64,000 bases of DNA from an uncultured Flavobacteriaceae bacterium. GTDB lineage: Bacteria > Bacteroidota > Bacteroidia > Flavobacteriales > Flavobacteriaceae. Under the pieces are notes generated by a model, which did no database searches, was not told the DNA's origin, and saw nothing but the letters and a program-made list of their open reading frames with translations. The DNA is taken from NCBI GenBank assembly GCA_947497145.1, contig CANMFQ010000004.1:68560-132559 (forward strand), written 5' to 3'. Below, in pieces: positions 59,150 through 64,000 of this stretch. Within the stretch, counting starts at the first letter, position 1, and every line of letters starts with the position of its first letter. The position numbers and the translations under genes are program-made.

Positions 59150-60616
59150 ATGTGTACACATCACGAAAATAAAAATTATACTCGGCGCGATTTTCTAACC
59201 AAAACCACCTTAGGCATGGGTGCGCTCTCCTTGGCGTCAATGATAGACCCTATGGGGCTATTTGCCAAAGAAACCCCGCTCATAACAAGTCCTCATATGA
59301 ATAGCGGAGGTGCTTTAGGAAAACCACATTTTCCACCAAAAGTAAAACGTGTTATTTACCTATTTCAAAGTGGTGCTCCCTCGCAATTAGATTTATTTGA
59401 TTACAAACCACTTTTAAATAAAATGAATGGGCAAGATCTTCCAAAAAGTGTACAAGGAGAACAACGGTTAACGGGCATGTCATCGGGGCAGGCAACATTA
59501 CCCATGGCAGGCACTGTTTTTAATTTCAAACAACATGGCGATAGCGGTGCTTGGATGAGTGATTTAATGCCGCATACTTCCAAAATTGTTGACGAGCTCT
59601 GCTTTATTAAATCAATGTATACCGAAGCTATTAATCACGACCCCGCCGTGACCTTTTTTCAAACTGGCTCACAATTACCGGGGCGTCCTTCAATAGGGTC
59701 ATGGGTAAGTTATGGTCTAGGTACTGACAATAAAAACCTACCAGAGTTTGTAGTTTTGGTCACCAAAGATAAATTTGGGCAACCTTTATATTCTCGATCT
59801 TGGGGTAATGGTTTCTTACCTTCACAGCATCAAGGCGTACAATTTCGATCGGGTAAAGACCCCGTTTTGTATTTAACAAATCCGCCGGGCATTGATCCAA
59901 AAAGTAGAAGAGAACAACTAGATCAATTACAACGATTAGAAAAAATTAATCATCAAGATATTGGAGATCCTGAAATTTTAGCTCGAATGGCACAATATGA
60001 AATGGCTTTTCGTATGCAAACTTCGGTACCTGAAATTATGGACACTTCTGATGAAAGTGATGCTACCTATGCAATGTATGGCGAAGACAGTAGAAAACCC
60101 GGCACGTTTGCTGCCAATTGCATTTTAGCAAGAAGGTTGGCAGAACGTGATGTAAAATTCATTCAATTATATCACCAAGGATGGGATCAGCACGGCAACC
60201 TACCCACTGCCATTAAAGTACAAGCAAAAGAAACTGACCAAGCTACTGCCGCCCTTATCACCGATTTAAAACAACGAGGACTATTAGAAGATACCCTTGT
60301 TATTTGGGGTGGAGAATTTGGAAGAACTAACTACTCGCAAGGGCAATTAACTCCTACCAATTTTGGGCGAGATCATCACCCAAAATGCTTTACCATTTTC
60401 ATGGCAGGTGCAGGTATTAAAAAAGGCTTCACCCTTGGAGCTACAGATGATTTTGGGTATAATGTAGTGCAACGTCCCGTTCATGTGCATGATTTTCAAG
60501 CAACCTTAATGCATTTACTCGGTGTAGATCATGAACGATTAACATTTAAATCGCAAGGTAGAAGATACCGACTTACAGATGTACATGGAGAAGTTGTAAA
60601 AGAAATATTATCTTAA
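59150..60616 (+). CDS. DUF1501 protein with Tat signal
   Basis: TRRDFL twin-arginine; YLFQSGAPSQLDLFDYKP; GWDQHG; WGGEFGRT; GRDHHP; HVHDFQAT. Confidence 0.95.
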   Translation: MCTHHENKNYTRRDFLTKTTLGMGALSLASMIDPMGLFAKETPLITSPHMNSGGALGKPHFPPKVKRVIYLFQSGAPSQLDLFDYKPLLNKMNGQDLPKSVQGEQRLTGMSSGQATLPMAGTVFNFKQHGDSGAWMSDLMPHTSKIVDELCFIKSMYTEAINHDPAVTFFQTGSQLPGRPSIGSWVSYGLGTDNKNLPEFVVLVTKDKFGQPLYSRSWGNGFLPSQHQGVQFRSGKDPVLYLTNPPGIDPKSRREQLDQLQRLEKINHQDIGDPEILARMAQYEMAFRMQTSVPEIMDTSDESDATYAMYGEDSRKPGTFAANCILARRLAERDVKFIQLYHQGWDQHGNLPTAIKVQAKETDQATAALITDLKQRGLLEDTLVIWGGEFGRTNYSQGQLTPTNFGRDHHPKCFTIFMAGAGIKKGFTLGATDDFGYNVVQRPVHVHDFQATLMHLLGVDHERLTFKSQGRRYRLTDVHGEVVKEILS

Positions 60617-60740
60617 ACCCATATAATGATCATAAAAATCTAGAAAAACACAACAACGATGTAGTCAGTTTAGCATACATTATGATAGCTTATAAAATTT
60701 AAAACCAATTATATAAAACCCCTTCTAAAGTCACCCTCTT

Positions 60741-62114
60741 ATGAACACATTACTTGCTTTTGATTTCACCAATTTCGTCGGCAGATTCCACCCAATATTA
60801 GTCCATTTGCCTATAGGTTTTATACTCATGAGTATATTCATGGAGTGGTACCAACGAATACAAAAAACTACAAAATTAAGCTCGTTAATTAGCTACGGAT
60901 GGCTTTTAGCAGGTATTGGTGGGGCATTTGCGGCTTTCTGCGGATGGTGGTTAGGAGAAACAGGATTGTATTTTGAAGATGATTTGTTTCTACACCGTTG
61001 GATGGGTATTGCGATAGTACTCATTTCTTTTGTAGGATGGTGGTTAAAGAAAAATGCGGAAAATCATGCCAACAGCCTGCATCAAATTGTAAACTTTCTC
61101 GTAATCGGATTAATCACCGTAGAAGGACATTTAGGCGGGAACCTTACCCATGGAGAGGCGTATCTTTTTGAATATGCTCCAGAGTCTATTCGTGATATGA
61201 TGCTGGGAGAAAAAGAAGCCATGACTGATTTGTCAAAGGCAGATTCTGTAGTGGTTTATAATGATTTAGTGAAGCCTATTTTTGAGCAAAAATGCTTTGC
61301 TTGTCACAACAATGAAGTAACCCGTGGCGGACTCAATATGGCTGCGATTGACTCAATGCTCGTTGGGGGTGATGGTGGCCCTGCCTATACACCTTCCAAT
61401 GTATCAGAAAGTGAATTGTTTAGACGAATTACACTGCCGCAAAAAAATATAAAATTTATGCCTCCTGTAGGTGATCCATTAACCTATGATGAAATTAAAA
61501 TTGTTGAATGGTGGATTGAGCAAGTTGCTTCACCAGATAGTAAAATAGGCGATATAGAAGTAGCGGAAAGCATAAAACCAACGCTTTTGCGAAAATACGG
61601 TCTAGATACAAACCCCAAACCGTATTACGAAACAGTAAACATAGCCCCCTTAGACAGTGTTCAAATTACAGCCTTAGAACAAAATGGCTTTACGGTAAAC
61701 GTTTTAGGAGGAGAAAATCCGCTGTTAGATGTGAAGTTTTCAGGAAAAGCATTGACAGAAGAACAGCTAAAAAGTTTAGCCCCAGCGGCAGCACATATCA
61801 CTTGGTTATCATTAGCAAGAACCAATGTTAAAGATGAATGGCTATCAGCTATAGCTTCTTTTGAAAATTTAACCCGGTTGCAATTGGAAAAAACGGCCAT
61901 CACAGACCAGGGCGTTGAAACCCTTTCTGGTTTAAAGCATCTTGAAGTTTTAAATTTATATGGCACCCAGGTAACAGATTCATGTCTCCCGACCCTACAA
62001 AAAATGGAAGGTCTCAAGCGTGTGTATCTATGGAAAACCAAGGTTTCTACAGCTAATGCGAAATCGCTAGATGAAAACGAGAAAAAACTAGCCGTTATTA
62101 CAGGGCAAGGATAG
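60741..62114 (+). CDS. DUF2231-like TM region + planctomycete cytochrome c + leucine-rich repeats
   Basis: GRFHPILVHLPIG and four TM helices; CFACH; MPP; C-terminal LxLxxTxITD LRRs. Confidence 0.88.
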   Translation: MNTLLAFDFTNFVGRFHPILVHLPIGFILMSIFMEWYQRIQKTTKLSSLISYGWLLAGIGGAFAAFCGWWLGETGLYFEDDLFLHRWMGIAIVLISFVGWWLKKNAENHANSLHQIVNFLVIGLITVEGHLGGNLTHGEAYLFEYAPESIRDMMLGEKEAMTDLSKADSVVVYNDLVKPIFEQKCFACHNNEVTRGGLNMAAIDSMLVGGDGGPAYTPSNVSESELFRRITLPQKNIKFMPPVGDPLTYDEIKIVEWWIEQVASPDSKIGDIEVAESIKPTLLRKYGLDTNPKPYYETVNIAPLDSVQITALEQNGFTVNVLGGENPLLDVKFSGKALTEEQLKSLAPAAAHITWLSLARTNVKDEWLSAIASFENLTRLQLEKTAITDQGVETLSGLKHLEVLNLYGTQVTDSCLPTLQKMEGLKRVYLWKTKVSTANAKSLDENEKKLAVITGQG

Positions 62115-62305
62115 TTGTACGATGCTATTTTAACAATAGACGGTACTCTTTACAGCCATCAAAACATTAAGTGTTTTATATTTTGTTGATAATTATTGTG
62201 ATCCTGTAGTGTATGTATTTTGACGGTTGTAGCAATGAAATTGGGCTATACCTAATTTAGTGCTATAAATAACATAAGCAATTACAAACCAAAAATATTA
62301 AACTG

Positions 62306-63421
62306 ATGAAAACGCTTACCAACCAACAATCAGAAGATAGATTATATTCTTTAGACACCCTTAGAGGTTTTGATATGTTTTGGATTATCGGCGGAGGGCA
62401 TTTATTAATTGCTTTGGCAGAGGCCACCCATTGGAAGTGGGCAGAAGCACTGGCTGAACAAATGCATCATATTTCTTGGGAAGGATTTCATTTTGAAGAC
62501 CTTATTTTTCCATTATTCATGTTTATCTCTGGCGTAGCCATTCCTTTTGCGCTAACCAGTAAATTGGAAAAAGGCGTTGAAAAATCAGTATTATATCGCA
62601 AAGTTTTCAAAAGGATGGTATTGTTAGTCTTATTTGGTCTAGCCTATAACGGCGCCTTCAAAGATGGCTTTTCAGATATTAGATATCTCAGTGTGCTGTC
62701 GCAAATAGGAATTGGTTACTTTTTTGCAGCTATCATAATCATGAATACCCAAACAGTTAAGGCACGAATATATTGGACAATTGGCATCATGGCTGGTATT
62801 GCGGGTTTACAGCTATTCACTCCAGTTCCAGGTTTTGGAGCGGGTGTATTCACACCTGAAGGGAGTATAAACGCTTGGATAGATCAACAATTCTTACCGG
62901 GTAAATTAATTTACACTACCTATGACCCCGAAGGAATTTTAGCCATTATTTCTGCAACCTCCATTACCCTACTAGGATCTTTTGCAGGCTTTATTCTAAG
63001 AAATAAAACACACAATCCTACTAAAAAAATACAGTTATTACTCTATATTGGTGTGCCTCTTATCATAATTGCTTTAGCTATATCACCCGTTTATCCAATT
63101 ATAAAAAAAATATGGACGGTACCTTTTAATATGCTTACCGCTGGAATTAGCTTTTTGTTAATGGCGTTATTCTACTATGGTATCGATGTATGTAAATATA
63201 GAAAATGGACTTTTTTTTTCAGAGTAATTGGTCTCAACTCCATTACTATTTATATGGGTGGTAAAATCATTGACTTTTGGCATACTTCTGAATTTGCCTT
63301 AGGTTCTATAACCCAATTACTCGGTAATTATGGCGACATTATTCTTATTACAGGTGTAATTACCATAAAATGGCTCTTCTTATATTACCTATTTAAAAAC
63401 AAAATATTTCTTAAGGTGTAA
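62306..63421 (+). CDS. DUF5009 / HGSNAT-like membrane acyltransferase
   Basis: RLYSLDTLRGFDMFWI, DLIFPLFMFISG, DPEG, PIIKKIWT, GLNSITIY. Confidence 0.9.
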   Translation: MKTLTNQQSEDRLYSLDTLRGFDMFWIIGGGHLLIALAEATHWKWAEALAEQMHHISWEGFHFEDLIFPLFMFISGVAIPFALTSKLEKGVEKSVLYRKVFKRMVLLVLFGLAYNGAFKDGFSDIRYLSVLSQIGIGYFFAAIIIMNTQTVKARIYWTIGIMAGIAGLQLFTPVPGFGAGVFTPEGSINAWIDQQFLPGKLIYTTYDPEGILAIISATSITLLGSFAGFILRNKTHNPTKKIQLLLYIGVPLIIIALAISPVYPIIKKIWTVPFNMLTAGISFLLMALFYYGIDVCKYRKWTFFFRVIGLNSITIYMGGKIIDFWHTSEFALGSITQLLGNYGDIILITGVITIKWLFLYYLFKNKIFLKV

Positions 63422-63488
63422 TCTATGGACAATACCCAATTACATAGAAAAGTTATCTAAATACCACTTAAGTCTATTGTATGAATTA

Positions 63489-63520
63489 TTAAACCCGCTT
63501 TACGTATCAAACGGGTTTAA
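63489..63520. terminator. Bidirectional hairpin between convergent genes
   Basis: TTAAACCCG / CGGGTTTAA 9-bp stem. Confidence 0.6.
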
Positions 63521-63566
63521 GAATTTCAAATGCGCAAAGCAGCTTCAAATTGACATTGAAAATTAT

Positions 63567-64000
63567 CTAATTCTGATACCTTTCGTTACTATAGCCCTGT
63601 TGGCGATAGCGTTTCAATTTTTCTTTTAGATGCTTTACAATTTCTGGATGCTCATTATATAAATTGTTGGTTTCTGACACATCATTATCAAGATTGTATA
63701 GTTGCCCATCGGCTATACTTTCAGCATCTGCATCTTTACTCCATCCGCCAGAACCCTGACCTTCTATCAGTTTCCAAGCGCCTTCACGAATTGAAAACAT
63801 CCCTGAAATAGAATGATGTACCAAATCTTCTCGTACACTTTCTTTTGTGTTTTTTAAAAACACTGAACTAAAATCAACACTATCTTCAAAGTAGTGTTCT
63901 TTATCATCATTTTCTAAAAGTCCTTTAAAAGTTGCCATGAGGTCATTGATTCCTATCAGCTGCTCGCTAATTGCTCCTTTACCCATTTTTGCCGGCCAAG
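63567..64000 (-). CDS. Arylsulfatase (S1 family), C-terminal part; 5' end lies outside the window
   Basis: The frame stays open past the track start (…WPAKMGK…). NDLMATF, FSIREGAWKL, QLYNLDNDVSETNNL are typical sulfatase C-terminal motifs. Confidence 0.85.
   Translation of the reverse strand, partial: WPAKMGKGAISEQLIGINDLMATFKGLLENDDKEHYFEDSVDFSSVFLKNTKESVREDLVHHSISGMFSIREGAWKLIEGQGSGGWSKDADAESIADGQLYNLDNDVSETNNLYNEHPEIVKHLKEKLKRYRQQGYSNERYQN

Noticed and set aside
4103-61661. The many 60-165 aa ORFs overlapping long, well-supported genes (e.g. 4103, 10202, 22194, 35904, 37407, 44410, 49491, 57985)
   Set aside because: They lie antisense or out of frame within recognisable CDSs, with the composition of shadow ORFs.
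63567-63986. 139-aa ORF as a truncated sulfatase pseudogene
   Set aside because: The frame is open to the window edge; it is the 3' end of a longer gene.

Overview
AT-rich chromosomal segment of a marine Flavobacteriaceae member (Maribacter/Zobellia/Cellulophaga-like; inferred from gene content and TAnnTTTG promoter elements). It opens with a truncated SusC-type TonB-dependent transporter and its membrane-spanning propeller/Y_Y_Y/LuxR regulator. Next is a housekeeping block: clpS, prmA, tpiA, folP, cdaA, an ABC transporter, truA, folD and ffh. Then come a GAF hybrid histidine kinase that lacks both phosphorelay histidines, an ECF sigma factor with no FecR partner, ggt and fabV. The accessory stretch (about 25.6-43.8 kb) holds a cyclase fusion, an erythromycin-esterase fusion, DUF1080, a GCPII-like peptidase, a PVC-type CxxCH protein, PhzF, a PLP decarboxylase and SRPBCC. 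After that: manA, a TPR-LytS/LytTR two-component system facing a vWA gene, a PorP/SprF paralog, NifU, dodecin, a T9SS repeat protein and tRNA-Val(GAC). The window closes with a planctomycete-type DUF1553/DUF1501/cytochrome-LRR/DUF5009 operon and the 3' end of a sulfatase. I found no integrase, transposase, phage gene, rRNA or CRISPR array. Best leads: the His-less pseudokinase, the DUF1553/DUF1501 heme module, the 21-bp-periodic LytTR boxes, the T9SS repeat protein, and weak attC-like ends around accessory genes. All domain calls come from motif recognition, not database searches.
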